Of a DNA stretch of 64,000 nt, positions 14,074-28,900 are shown one piece after another. Each line of letters starts with the position of its first letter. The stretch's first letter is position 1. The translations under genes were made by a program, and so were the position numbers. Under the pieces are notes generated by a model that was not told the origin of the DNA, ran no database searches, and saw only the letters and a list, made by a program, of their open reading frames with translations. The DNA comes from Octopus sinensis (Eukaryota). Location of the stretch: contig NC_042997.1 of NCBI RefSeq assembly GCF_006345805.1, positions 177,630,001-177,694,000 of the forward strand, in the 5' to 3' direction.

Positions 14074-15382
14074 GTAAATTTTTTTAATCCTTTATACTAA
14101 AATTACAAGGACTGAAATCTGTGGAGGGGAGCCAGTCGATTACATGGACTCCAGTGCGCAGATGGTATTTTGAACTCAGAGCGTAAACCGGAAGAAATAG
14201 CGCTTAGCATTTTGACCGGTGAGCTAACGATTATACCATGTGCTGCTTTGCTGCTGCTGCTGCTTCTGCTGCTGTTGATGATGATGATGATGATGATGCG
14301 CATACCTTCCTGGATGGAATTCCACCGGAATAGTTCGTTCTGAACTTCGTTGTCACCGAGAGGACATCTCCAAGATTGTCATGGTTGCACCGGCTGCACT
14401 ATCGAATTGGTAGTGGGCTTTGCAAGCCAGACAACATTCCAGATGAAAGACCGCTTCCCCTCATCTTCTTTTGACCCAGGACTGGAACCCTCTCCATAGG
14501 AGTTTTGCAAAAACGTACTTGACAAATAGTGGCTACACTCTGTCACTATCCGTGAACCGCTGTAGATGTTGCAGCCTTCCAGAACTTAGAAGAACCTCAT
14601 AATTTAAGGAACCTCAAAACCCTAACATTTACTCAACCATAAGATCGGAAATATTCAACAAATGCAAACATTACAATAAGTATTTACTCCAATACTGGAA
14701 ACCACTGCCATGACGACGTCCAGCACTATCGCTGCTACATCCACCGTATCCACTAACTTTATTTGACTAAGCATAGCAATCTACGCCTTAAACTAACACG
14801 AAACACCCCAAGCAGATCTTAATCCTGAATCCTCCAGTAGTGATCTATTCTTTCATGTATTTTTATCGTGATATTTCCTCTCTTACCTTTTCTTCTTCTA
14901 TCTTTATTCTTGAGTTTTGTAGCTTTCCACCTTCTGCCACATTTCCACTATTTTCACTCTCACAATATTTCTTTCATTTTGGTGTGTTTCTATTCACCTG
15001 TGTAAGTGTATAAGTACACATATGTTTGCGTGTGTGAGCATCTGAGTATGCATGCATACATGTAATTTGACTACGAGTCATCTATGTACGTCTCCACTCA
15101 GTATAGATTCATGTATGAGGGGAATGGATATGCAAAAATAGGGGTACAATAATATCTATAGGGTCTGGAGTTGTAACGATGTGTAAGAATGTTATTTCTA
15201 TGCATACAACTGTGTGTGCATGTGTGTATGTGCATGCGTATGCACATTTGTGACATAGAGCTTATACGCGTGCAGAGAGAGCGTGCACCCCCATGGAAAT
15301 ACCTTTACATCTGTTTTCAGAGATACGCATGGACTTGGCTATATGAGCACTTTAAAATATATACAGACATACATATATCTAT

Positions 15383-15950
<568 letters not shown>

Positions 15951-16066
15951 AAGACAGCCTAGTTAAAGTGGATGTGATACATTTTGTATTCTAAATACAA
16001 TAGTGTTTTTGTTTTTGTTCGTGCAAACAACACTATAAATGTACACACACATATGTATATATGTGT

Positions 16067-16296
16067 AGGCGGCGAGCTGGCAGAAACGTTAGCACGCCGG
16101 GCGAAATGCGTATCCGTATTTCGTCTGCCGTTACGTTCTAAGTTCAAATTCCGCCGCGGTCGACTTTGCCTTTCATCCTTTCGGGGTCGATAAATTAAGT
16201 ACCAGTTGCGCACTGGGGTCGATATAATCGACTTAATCTGTTTGTCTGTCCTTGTTTGTCCCCTCTGTGTTTAGCCCCTTGTGGGTAGTAAAGAAG
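16067..16296 (+). mobile_element. SINE family B, full length (long-tail variant)
   Basis: ggcggcgagctggcagaaacgttagc (A box) ... agttcaaattcc (B box) ... gcctttcatcctttcggggtcgataaattaagtacc ... gtagtaaagaa. Confidence 0.9.
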
Positions 16297-16739
16297 TATA
16301 TGTATATATGTGTGTCTGAATGTATGTATGTATGTAAGTATGTATATATATGTGTGTATGTATGAGCATACATATATGCATGTACAAAACCGATGTATTT
16401 ATATATACTCATATAAATACATATGTGTGTGTGTTTACTAGTCTGCTTATGTGTATTTATTTGGATCCCATTTTAATTACTTCCATATGTACAACGTGTA
16501 ATGTTTTTGCCTCATCACTCATCCTTATTGAACTATCTGTTTCCCTACATTTCCTGAAAAACCTTTTTATTTATTTTTTTTGTAGCACTCTTTATTGTGT
16601 GTATGAATGAACCCTAATGAAAAATGAAAAGCAACGATTATTCTTTACCAATCAAGTATCGGGATCGGCAGTATAATCAATGTCTATCGATCTTAGGCTC
16701 TGTCTTCACAGATTCCCAGGCCTTGTGCCTTTGTTAGAA

Positions 16740-17030
16740 CTACTACTACTCATTATCATTGTTCGACCGTGGTCGAGACAATGGAATTTACTATGCTACT
16801 TCACGGTCCATCATAGCATTACGGAGGTCATGTTGCTGAATGCCTGTATCCCTGGAGATTACATCAGGGTAGGAGAGTGTGCGCCCTCTGGTATCGCGAG
16901 TAGATGGCTTCCAGAGGAGAAGAGTAGAAATTGCCTCGTTTTCAGCTCTACAACAATGTCCAGCAAACTGGACTCTCCTACCTTTCACAAGAGATGATAC
17001 AGGTGGTAGTTTCCCATATGTTTGTACTTT
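16740..17030 (-). mobile_element. RTE-clade LINE 3' fragment
   Basis: RRVQFAGHCCRAENEAISTLLLWKP..GRTLSYPDVISRDTG..AMMDRE; short repeat tail. Confidence 0.75.
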
Positions 17031-17048
17031 GGTTGGATGACGCTTCCA

Positions 17049-17086
<38 letters not shown>

Positions 17087-17109
17087 AACAACTACTACTA
17101 CTGCTACCG

Positions 17110-17162
<53 letters not shown>

Positions 17163-17190
17163 GCTACTAACACCACCACCACCACCAACA
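17049..17190. repeat. (TAC)n microsatellite
   Basis: Direct inspection. Confidence 0.95.
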
Positions 17191-18150
17191 TTATTATTGC
17201 AGCTCTATGTGCCTCAGATATGTGCTGTGGTTTGTTTTGATATTAGTTTCATTGTATAGAGAATGTTCTAGGTAAGATGTGTGTGGTGCCCGGCAGTACA
17301 ATTTCCCGTATGTAATAAATATATGTAAGTCCATGGCGGCGAGTTGGCAGAAACGTTAGCACGCCGGGCGAAATGCTTAGCGGCATTTCTTCTGTCTTTA
17401 CGTTCTGACTCCAAATTCCGCCGAGGTCAACTTTGCCTTTCATCCTTTTGGGGTCGATAAATTAAGTACCGGTTGCGATCTGGGGTCGATCTAATCGACT
17501 GGCCCCTTACCCGAAAATTTTGGCCTTGTGCCTAGAGTAGAAAAGAATATTTGTAAGTCCTGAGGCTTGTGTTATGGAATTGTTTCTAAAATTCCCAAAA
17601 CACTTTTTATTAAAGGGATTGTTTTTGTTCACAAGCTCCACATTCGTGTTTTTTTTTTTCTGTTTCCAGATCTTTCTATTTCAATAGTTTCTCTATCCTC
17701 ATTTCTTGGTGGGACTGATATGTCAATTTGGAGGTACATAATTGCTTGGAGGGCCTTATCAGTAATATCTGGTCGATTATCCCTAATCTCTCTGTTTTTA
17801 TGTATTGGCATATCCCAGAGTATGACTGCATTGTAATTTTCTTTGACATTTTCTGGAATAAGCCGACACAATCACTTTTCTGTTGGTATTGCATAATCCA
17901 CATGTCTGTAGATATATAAAAACTGGAAGTTTTATATGTCCACAGAATATATTTTCGTGACCAAGACTGAGTACCCATAAACAATATTTATTGTTTATTT
18001 CCTCTTACCACATATTTTGCAGTTACTTCCGTATTCTGCCTCATTATGTATTATTTCTTTGCCCGCCTCCCTTTTTTTTTTGTTTGGTGATTTCTGGCTT
18101 GATCTACCGCAATTAAGAACCCATCTTAGCTCGTGAAAGTATTTTTCTTT
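17190..18150 (-). mobile_element. Decayed R4/Dong-type (RLE) non-LTR retrotransposon 3' part, interrupted by a SINE B, ending in (AAT)
   Basis: ILWDMPIHKNREIRDNRPDI..IDISVP (RLE PD motif) and C-terminal IVLPGTTHILPRTFSIQ*. Confidence 0.7.
17335..17548 (+). mobile_element. SINE family B with 15-bp target site duplication
   Basis: Full head-to-tail copy; TSD aatatatgtaagtcc (17318-17332) / aatatttgtaagtcc (17546-17560). Confidence 0.9.
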
Positions 18151-18349
18151 TTCTTTGCTCTTTGGTCTTTATCATCATCATCATTATTATTATTATTATT
18201 ATTATCATTATTATTATTATTATCATTATCATCATCAATTTGTTGTTATTATTATTAGGCGGTGAGCTGGCAAAATCGTTAGCGCGCTCGACGAAATGCT
18301 TAGTGGTATTTCACACATCGCTACGTTCTGAGTTCAAATTCCACCGAGG

Positions 18350-19272
18350 TATTGAGCAGAATATTTGCTGTAGCCCATATTTTATACCATAACACTTCCA
18401 ATCAGTTAAGATCAGAAGCCATGAGAGCCACTGTCTGATACTGCATCAGGGCATTTATTATTATAATTATTATTATTATTACACATAGTTATGATGCTCC
18501 CCCACTACCTCCGCCCTTGATCAGACACGCACACATCGTCAGCCACAAAGGGTTAAGGTCGAACAACTGACAAGTATATTTTTGTTATTATTTGCTGTCG
18601 CCCATCTTGTATAACAAGACAAAACATGTAAATGATAACACTTCCAATCAGTTAAGATCAGAAGCCATGAGAGCTAGTGCCTGATACTGCATCAAGGCAT
18701 TCGTATTGCACCAGGACATTTATTATTATTATTAAATGAGAGAGCAGTGCATGCCATCAAAGTGACACTCGGGTAAAATATACGAAGCCCAGTATACCCA
18801 TCATGGCTACCCGTCTGATAAGGATACACCAGGCACATGCATCACAACTATATGTGCGTGACATGGTGATCTTATATCAAGACAAAAAGCGGATGACTTT
18901 GCAGGTGGAGCTAGAATTGTCTTCAGGTCGAGTAGCTCAACCCGCACAAAATGTCCCTGAATAAGGGCTGATTATGGATTTTGAACAAAACACCCATGTT
19001 TCCAGAGGTGAATTATGCAAATCCCAAAGAATTCCCCTCGACACATGGCTATGATGCTTCCCCATTACTTCTGCCCGTGATCTGAATCGCACATATCGTC
19101 AGCCACTAAGAAATATGCTAAACTGATTAAGTTCAAACAACTGACAAGCAAATCTGTGGTATTGAGTAGAATATTTGCTGTAGCTCATTTTTTTTTATAC
19201 CAAGGCAAAATAATGTACTTGATAACACTTTTAGTCAGATAAGATGAGAAGTCATGAGAACCACTGCCTGGT
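18350..19272. mobile_element. Three co-terminal partial copies of an (ATT)n-associated interspersed element
   Basis: ataacacttccaatcagttaagatcagaagccatgagag..ctgcatca.ggcatt recurs at ~18390, ~18635 and ~19222, each followed by ATT repeats; end fragment also at ~45620. Confidence 0.75.
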
Positions 19273-19294
19273 TATTATTATGATGATGATGAAG

Positions 19295-19497
19295 TTAGTG
19301 AGCTGGCAGAATCATTAACGCGCCCAGCAAAATGCTTAGCAGCATTCTTTTCGTCTTTACCTTCTGAAATCAATTTCTACCGAGGTCGGCTTTGCCTTTC
19401 ATCGTTTCAGGGTTGATAAAATAAGCGCCAGATAATCACTAAGGTTGAGTTAATCGACTTCCTCTCTCCTCAAAATCTGCTGGACCCGTGCCAAAAT
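19295..19497 (+). mobile_element. SINE family B (degenerate)
   Basis: gagctggcagaatc..ccgaggtcggctttgcctttcatc..gtgccaaaa. Confidence 0.8.
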
Positions 19498-19760
19498 TCT
19501 TCTTCTTCTTCTTCTTCTTCTTCTTCTTCTTCTTCTTCTTCTTCTTCTTCTTCTTCTTCTTCTTCTTCTTCTTCTTCTTCTTCTTTTCTTCTTCTTCTTC
19601 TTCACCATCATCATCATCATCTTCTTCTTCTTCTTATTCTTATTCTTATTCTCCACCATCATCATCATCATCTTCTTCTCCAACACCATCATCATCATCA
19701 TCTTCTTCTTCATATTATTATTATTGTTGTTGTTGTTATTGTTATTGCTGTTGTTGTTGT
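19497..19760. repeat. (TTC)n/(ATC)n/(GTT)n microsatellite
   Basis: Direct inspection. Confidence 0.95.
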
Positions 19761-20899
19761 TCTTATCTTATAATATTGTACTGTTTTAAGTATACATGCA
19801 CTACTGAAGGTATTGTAAGACTAGGGATAAAAAAAAAAACATGTGTTAGCTCTTCTTTCGCGTATACTTTTCCTCTTTTTTAAATCCCATCGATATATTC
19901 TACAGATTACAAGCGCTTCTTGAAACGACAATTTTCTAAACTTCACACATGGAAAGCTTTCCTGACAGTTTTTCGATTTTTCTATAATTAGAAGGACTGT
20001 TCTATATTTTTTGTGCAAAATTCACATTTTATGATATTTCAATTACTAGGTTTCTGCACAGTTACCAGAATTTTTTTTTTAGGTTTCTCTGTCTTTTTCA
20101 ACATTCTTTGCTAAGAAGTTAAATATATTGGGTATGCCAAATTGACAAGTGTATAAAATTTGGATAACTTGTTTTTATCGTAACATGAATTTGCATAGCA
20201 CTGGGAGTCACATAATTTTCATTCCCTCACAACTTTTTCTCAGGCGAGCTTGTATAACATATAATTGTAAAACATATTATTGGTGCCGGAGATGGGGGCT
20301 TTCGTATTTATTTTCGAATGAAGGTAGTTAACTATCTGAACCTTTTATCTTTCACTTGTTTTAGTCAATGCTGGGGCATTGACTTGAAGAATTTTAGCCG
20401 AACGAATCAACGTCAGTACTTTTTTTTTTGAATAATCCTGGTATTAATTTTATATGTCTCTTTTGCTGAGTTACGGGAACGTAAATACACCAACACCGGT
20501 TGTCAAACTGTACTGGGATCAATCACAAATACAAAGACACATGCACACACATACCAAACGCATACACACACACACAACCACACATGGGCGAATGTAATCG
20601 ACATATCCCCTCCCACCAACTTGCTGGCCTTGTGCCAAAATTTGAAACTGTTATCATTATTATTCCTGTTGTTGCTGTTGTTGCTATTATTTTTATATAT
20701 TTGTTCCAACCTGGATGTAACGCGTTTCACCCTGCTCCATTGGCTTCGAAAATATTTATTGTATATTTTCCCCCTTTCGAGAACTTGTTAATATTAACTT
20801 TTATTCCATATTTTTCTGCCGAAATAACCCAACCCACAACCTAGAAATAGGATGTATTGATTCTCTATTTGTTCGCCTAACTTTCACTGGGGTACGTAC

Positions 20900-20998
<99 letters not shown>

Positions 20999-22109
20999 TA
21001 TCGTAGCATTTTCAAAACTTTAAATGTGGTGTCAAATTTGACATCCAGTTATCAAGGGAGAATAATAAGAAGAAAGACGTGCGGTGAGGGGGGTCTGCTA
21101 TTTTCCTTGGAATTGACTACTTATTTCTGTCAATCAACAATGCAAATACTATTCTCACCACCACTCCCCAAAGACATGATTGAGAAGCAAGGTGCGTTTC
21201 CAGCAACGGCAACAACAAATTGTCGAACGCTGCAGCTGAGAAAAATTTGAACAACGCTACCGAAGCTGAGAAAAATAGAATTATTATCAGCATCAACAAT
21301 AACAACAAACAATGACGAGTGACAGAACAAAATAAAAACAATATCACCGTCACTACCAACTCAATGGTCTACCAGCTTTTGCGGTATTAAGCAACCACAC
21401 CACCACCACCAGCACCACTTCCGTTTTCACAGCTGTAGTAATAGAGTAACAGTAATAAAGACTATAGCTGGTCGATTGCTAAGATTGGCACTTTTGCTTG
21501 GGGCGACAAGAGCGCCATCAAAAAATAATAAGAGCTGTCAGGACGCTTCCAGTGGGGTAGGTTAAGATCTTTCGGCTTTGCGTTCACATTATAACAGAAA
21601 TAAAAGTCTAGCGTTTGGTCATAGCTGTATTTGCGAGAAGGAGGAGGATGTATGAGTTCAAGAGGGGCACAGGCTTCACCAGAAATGATCGGGAACAAGG
21701 ATGGAATTCAAGCAATAAGGGCGGGTCGAATGCATTTCAGGCCTCATCGAGATGCCAGATGGCGCAGAGCAGCGAAACCTTTCTGTGTATATTGTTTTCG
21801 ATGTCCAAGCATTCTTGATCTTTAGGATTATGCCGAACAGCTATTGCAACGAATCTGGTTACGGCCAGTTCCATTGTGAAAATCGCCTACAGCTATGTTT
21901 GGCCATGAAAGAAAGGCAGTTTCTCATCATTAAGGTGGCTATAGATAAAGAGATTCCATCGTGGAAAAGAATAAAAGAACTAAAGAAACAGGCCAATCCT
22001 TTATTCACTTCTTCATGTTCCCCTTGGAGAGGAAAGTGATGATGGAGAAAGAAATGCTGACTTCCAGTGAATATTTGAAAAGTGTTTGAGAATGGCGAAA
22101 ATTACACAT

Positions 22110-22516
22110 ACTCTTTTACTCTTTTACTTGTTTCAGTCATTTGACTGCGGCCATGCTGGAGCACCGCCTTTAATCGAGCAACTCGACCCCGGGACTTATT
22201 CTTTTGTAAGCCCAGTACTTATTCTATCGGTCTCTTTTGCCGAACCGCTAAATAACGGGGACATAAACACACCAGCATCGGTTGTCAAGCGATGTTGGGG
22301 GGGACAAACATACACACAAACACACACACGCACATATATATATATATACATATATACGACGGGCTTCTTTCAGTTTCCGTCTACCAAATCCACTCACAAG
22401 GCTTTGGTCGGCCCGAGGCTATAGTAGAAGACACTTGCCCAAGGTGACACGCAGTGGGACTGAACCTGGAACCATGTGGTTGGTAAATAAGCTACTTACC
22501 ACACAGCCACTCCTGT
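22110..22516 (-). mobile_element. SINE family A, full length
   Basis: Near-identical to copies at 9457, 23160, 36122 and 53021. Confidence 0.92.
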
Positions 22517-23159
22517 GAAATACTTTACAGTCAACATCAGCTTATAGGCCGGAAAAGAGGGTAGTATGAGGGGTACATAAACCTTGGCAGGAAGAAATCT
22601 GTAGGATTTCCTGAATGCAAAAATGGTTAGAGTGAACAACCTTACTCTAAATATGCACCCGTACAGGAGAGAGGAGAGAGAGGGTTTGTGCTTTTGGTGC
22701 TCAAGGTAATCCTGGATCTGTGGAGTTCTTTGATTGGCCCCAGCTGTATAAGGACTGCATCATTCATGTTATCACATACTTTGTATACTGTGTATACTTT
22801 TATTGCATTTCACCTTCTTTTCCATTTCTTCCTTCCTATCCTTTATGTAAATCCCTACACAAATTGCTGTCGGTCCTTCTGATGTCCCCCTCATATACGC
22901 CCCTGTGGCTAATAAATTATTATTATTATTAATAATAATATTATTGCGAGCTGGCAGAATCGTTAGTAAAATTCCACTGAAATCCATTTTACCTTTCATT
23001 CTTTCAGGGCCGATAAAACAAGCTCCAGCTGAGCACTATAATCGACTTACACCGGCCCCCGAAATTTCAAGTCTTGTGCCTATTGGAGAAAGACATTAAC
23101 GCAAAGACGGATGAAATACCGCTAAGCATTTTGCTGACATTTCTACCAGCTCACTGCCT

Positions 23160-23576
23160 TACTCTTTACTCTTTTATTCTTTTACTTGTCTCAGTCATTT
23201 GACTGCGGCCATGCTGGAGCACCGCCTTTTAGTCGAGCAAATCGACCCCGGAACTTATTCTTTGTAAGCCCAGTACTTATTCTATCGGTCTCTTTTGCCG
23301 AACCGCTTAGTAACGGGGACGTAAACACACCAGCATCGGTTGTCAAGCAATGCTAGGGGGACAAACACAGACACACAAACACATACACACACACATATAT
23401 ATATACATATATACGACAGGCTTCTTTCAGTTTCCGTCTGCCAAATCTACTCACAAGGCATTGGTCGGCCCGGGGCTATAGCAGAAGATACTTGCCCAAG
23501 ATGCCACGCAGTGGGACTGAACCCGGAACCATGTGGTTGGTTAGCAAGCTACTTACCACACAGCCACTCCTGCGCC
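23160..23576 (-). mobile_element. SINE family A, full length, abutting SINE B fragments (22945-23160)
   Basis: Head ggcgcaggagtggctgtgtggtaag; tail repeats. Confidence 0.92.
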
Positions 23577-24847
23577 TTGGTAAAGAATAATATTAAAAGA
23601 AGAAGAATATTAACCGGGTTTGCTAACTGGTTGACGATTATTTTCCACTTTGTTTGCAGAGGTTGCCTGAGAAAAAACATTAATGTTATGCAATGTCATT
23701 CTACTACCACCGTCTGCCTCTATCATCCTCCCTTCCATGACCTCTATTATGATTTACATGTCTAATTAAGAACTCATCATGTTGCCTCTTCTTCACAACT
23801 GAAGACATATTTAGAAGATATTTCGATAACTTGCTGCTTAATTATGAACAAAAGTATATATATGTACAGCTACAAAATTACTAAAAACTGCATAAGATGC
23901 ACTACGCAAAATAAATAAGTACTAAAATAAAATAGCTTGAACGAAATAAATGAATTGATAACGAAACAAACTACAAGAATAACAAAAGAAAGAAATCTGC
24001 TGAAACCAATTAAATTTTTAATTTCGTAAATCACTCACGAGTTTTTCCAGGATGGCTGATGGATTAGTGGACCGCTGAGATTACTACTTCCGGTTGCTCA
24101 GACGACTTTAACTCATAACCAGTCAATCGGTGATTAAAAACATTGATACACTGAGATAGAAAGAGAAAAAAACAGAGAAAACAATTAAAAAATGTATATA
24201 TAGTGTGGTTTTTATAGTCATAAAAATTATAAATGAATTCATAAGCGGAAAAATTGTTGCAAATATCAATAAATGGATATATGTAAGAGAGGACAAGCTT
24301 AGAGAAACTATGGAAACAAATAGTAATCAAGAAAAGGAAGAGAAAATGAGCGAGACGTGGGATGAGAATGGATTGGTGAGTTCGTCTATGCAGACAATGT
24401 TTTTTTTTTTTTTCCAATAGTATATGCTGGTCTCCTGCAAGAAAATATGTACTTATAGCCCTGTGTGTGTGTGTGTGTGTGTGTATTACGAGCTTCTTTC
24501 AGTTTCCGTCTAACAAATCCACTCACAACATTTTGGTCGACCCGAGGCTATAGTAGACGACACTTGCCCAAAGTGTTACGCAGTGGGATTGAACCTGGAA
24601 CCATGCGGTTGGGAAATAAGCTTCTTACCACACAGCCACATACATAAGTTTGTATGTGTATAGATCTAAAAGGATGAAGAGTGAATTTAGCATATTTTTG
24701 TTATTATCTCCAATTGATTATAGTGGAATGATACTTTAACAGACTAACACCAAGACTCCTTTCTTACATTATAAAACCTTTTTCGCGTAGAATCATTTAC
24801 GTACATTGACGTTAAAAACAGATTAATACCTAGGCAATTGTAGCTAA

Positions 24848-25437
24848 TAATAATCCTTTCTATTGTAAGTACAAGGCCTGAAATTTTGGGGGAGGGGGAT
24901 AGTCGATTACATCAACCCCAGTACTCAACTGGTACTTAATTTATCGACCCTGAAAGGATGAAAGGTAAAGTCAGTCTCGGTGCAATTTGAACTCAGAACA
25001 TAGAGACGGGCGAAATACCTATTTCTTTACTACACATAAGGGGCTAAACACAGAGAGAACAAACAAGGACAGACAAACGGATTAAGTCGATTATATCGAC
25101 CCTAGTGCGTAACTGGTACTTATTTAATCGACCCCGAAAGGATGAAAGGCAAAGTCGACCTCGGCGGAATTTGAACTCAGAACGTAACGGCAGACGAAAT
25201 AGCTATTTCTTTACTACCCACAAGGGGCTAAACACAGAGGAGACAAACAAGGACAGACAAACGGATTAAGTCGATTATATGGACCCCAGTGCATAACTGG
25301 TCCTTAATTTATCGACCCCGAAAGGATGGATGGCAAAGTCAACTTCGGCGGAATTTGAACTCAGAACGTAGCGGCAGACGAAATACCGCTAAGCATTTCG
25401 CCTGGCGTGCTAACGTTTCTGCCAGCTCGCTGCCTTA
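24848..25437 (-). mobile_element. Head-to-tail trimer of SINE family B
   Basis: One full head at 25437 followed by two ~180-bp units that restart at tatttcg. Confidence 0.88.
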
Positions 25438-25824
25438 CTGCAACTAATAATAATGATATGCTATATAGTCATTCTTCGTGTTCATAATTGTATTGTATGT
25501 TACTCTTCGTAAGAGTTACGTACTTCTTTGACCAGAAAATTACCTGAGGTTTCCACTGGAGTGGACTTTCAATGCTTCCCAAGGTTCTAATTCGAGAGTA
25601 TAGATAGCAAATAGTTTAGGTTAAGTGTTGCATTGGGAGTAACACCGATGTTCTACTCTATCAGACTCACTACTATATATATATATATGCATGGAAAACC
25701 AACTGCATTGATGAGATGGCTGGTAATACCTACATCGATCACGGATACTGCCTCCTGTCTATGACTAGCTTCTAAATTAGAAAGTAATTGTTACTTTTCA
25801 TATATTCTAGATGTACTATAGTTA

Positions 25825-25929
<105 letters not shown>

Positions 25930-26594
25930 GCGTCAGACTTCTCTGACACTTGTCTGTACTGTTAAGATTTAACACCTAAGTCAGCATCAATACAGGTATT
26001 GTACGTTATGTTCTTTTGATATCTCGTTCTTTATTCACTCAGCTTTATTCACTCAAGTTACTATAAACCGCATGTAACTGCATCGACTCAGTACACTTAA
26101 GTACTCTCTTTGAAAAATTTTTTTACGAATTCTGTGTATGTGTGTGTGTGTGTGTGTGTGTGTTGAAAGTGAGCAGTTAATCAATGTTGAAATATACTTT
26201 GTAACTAAGAACATAGTTATGTGTACGTCTGTAAGTGATAAAACTTATGGTAGATATTTTTCTTCTTCCAAATGTCACAAAATTCGTAGGTGTTTAACTG
26301 GTTTACAATACTAATTGTTGCTATTGTTGTCAACGATTCATGTTGTCTTTCATCGAACAGAGCTATGGCATACTTGTAGTCGGCCGAGAGACGGCATGGA
26401 AACAGTTCTCAGCAGATTTAGCTGCTAATTCTAGCAGACCAAACGACCGCCTAGAAGTTACTTCGTTGGCTCGACAATAATGTTTTGAAATCTTAACACG
26501 GTTTGGGAGACATTAAATCATCGAAGACAATATGTGTACTTCTGTATACGATGCCGGCTTAGTTGTGTTCTAAATTACAGGGTAGTTTTGCACC

Positions 26595-26639
<45 letters not shown>

Positions 26640-26737
26640 GTGTGTATGTTAGTGTGTGTGTGTGTGTGTTTGCCTGTCTGATTGTCTAGCTATCATTCTC
26701 TCAGTATCTCTGTCTCTAGGTTTGCCTGTCTTTTCCC

Positions 26738-26770
<33 letters not shown>

Positions 26771-27239
26771 TATATATTCATATGTATGTATGTATTATGT
26801 ATGTATGTATGTATGTATGTATGTATGTATGTATGTGTGTGTGTATGTGTGTAGTAGGTTGAAAAGTAACACACGAATTGATAAGTGTAAGGAAAATAAA
26901 ACAATATAGGAAATGCTAAAGTAATTTTATCATGAAGAACATTTTAGTACCGGTTTCAGCCTTTTTCAACTTGGAATAAAATTATGGAAAAATTAAATGA
27001 AACGTTTATTTTTTAAAATATTTCCATACTCTTCAAATAGGTAGGACATGTTCCTTTTTTTCTGTCTCTCTCACCTTTATTTTTGGGAAGACTCGGTAGG
27101 TAGTAGCTAATCTGAAGAAAATGTTAATATGAGGGTTGATGGTTCTGGAGAGAGACAAAAAAGAGGAAAATATATATATATATGCACATGAATATATGAA
27201 TAGTGTGACAGACTCAAATCTCTTTCTCTATTATTTATA

Positions 27240-27324
<85 letters not shown>

Positions 27325-27421
27325 GCCTGTCTATCTGTCTCTTTCTTCTCTCTCTCCGTCTCTCTCTTACTCTCTCTTTCTATCTCTCTCCTCTCTCTAA
27401 ATATATATATATGAATGTATA

Positions 27422-27459
<38 letters not shown>

Positions 27460-27463
27460 TGTT

Positions 27464-27519
<56 letters not shown>

Positions 27520-27523
27520 TGTT

Positions 27524-27570
<47 letters not shown>

Positions 27571-27657
27571 GTATATATATATGTTATATATATATATATA
27601 TATTATATATATATATATATTATATATATATATATAATATATATATATATGCGTGTA

Positions 27658-27699
<42 letters not shown>

Positions 27700-28089
27700 G
27701 AGAGAGAGAGAGAGAGATAAATAGATATAATACATACATACATACATACATAATGAATACATATAAACGTAGATGAATACTGAGGTTTCGGGCAGGGAGA
27801 TCAGGACTAAACATCTATTTTCATGCAGAAATCTCTATTATCTAATGTATCCCTATTTTGTAAAAATCACAAACTTCTACTTGATGAAGATTAAGATGTT
27901 ATTTCCCGCAGTTCGAGCAACTGAGTAAACCATTATGTCTCAAATTGTGATTTAACAGATTCATGGGGACCTAAAATTCATTTCAATAGCAGCTTAAATT
28001 GAGAAATAAAGTCTGATTCAACACGACCTGCATTCCAATACCACAACGGAGCATCTAAAGAGTGCCAAATAAACAAATAGCTATGAAAC

Positions 28090-28283
28090 ATTTGCGCAGA
28101 AATTCCTATTCTGGTTTGAAAACCATTTTTTCTCTCTCTTTGTTTTTTCTGTGTCCCTTTCTGTAGAAGAGCGTAAGCTCGAAATGTAAAATACTTTTTC
28201 CATTCCTGAGCGTTATACTGATACATCTGCTTGTTTTGTACACCATCTATCTTCGTCTTTTGTTTTTTTCGTAAACTCTCCCT
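28090..28283 (+). mobile_element. Short element with HHR-like A6U variant (same family as 46563-46765)
   Basis: cttt CTGTAGA A gagc-gtaa-gctc GAAA tg TA aaa at 28157-28192; shared tail tcttcgtcttttgttttttt..tctcccc. Confidence 0.55.
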
Positions 28284-28900
28284 TTGAAAACCTTGTTGGA
28301 TAGTTTATTATTTTGTTTTTGCTTTTGGTTTGTTTTGTTTTAGTTTTTTTGTCGACGTGGCCCGCTCCTAGTTTCTTCAAAACCTTGTTAGCTTTTTTTT
28401 CACAAATGATTGGGTGATTAATGGATTGGTTAGTTGATTGATAAACGCACTTAGTATATTAAAGAGAAAAGAAAGTGAGTTGAACATGGATCAAGAAAGC
28501 TAAGGAAGATAATAAAACGGATAAGTTTGTTCTGTCGCTTCCGTTATCTTTAACGTGGGAAGCGAAGAAATGTCATCACATTGCACACCTACACATGCAC
28601 GCGCAAACACACACACTAACAATCACTTACACACATGCACACACGCACACACAAGAAAGCACATAACTATAAATGCATGCATACTTACACACATACACAC
28701 CTGTGTATGTATAAAACAAAAACAAACAAAGGTATTTTAAAAGTACATAAGGTACATTCTTGATACAATGAAACTATCACCGCTCCCAGATTAGCAAATT
28801 AATAGTTTAGTGGCAATTGGGACCAACTCCAAATGTGAAGAGGAGATAATTTCAAGAATCAAAGACAATCAGATTGCCTGATTGCTTGGTGACAATTAGA

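Noticed and set aside
25544-25586. Possible 43-nt minus-strand exon (ag...CAG|gtaa)
   Set aside because: Splice-like signals only; no recognisable peptide or compatible neighbouring exon
26945-27040. GAAACCGGTA (minus) with upstream TTGAAAA or TTGAAGA
   Set aside because: Looks like an HHR 3' half, but no register gives both a credible stem I and stem II
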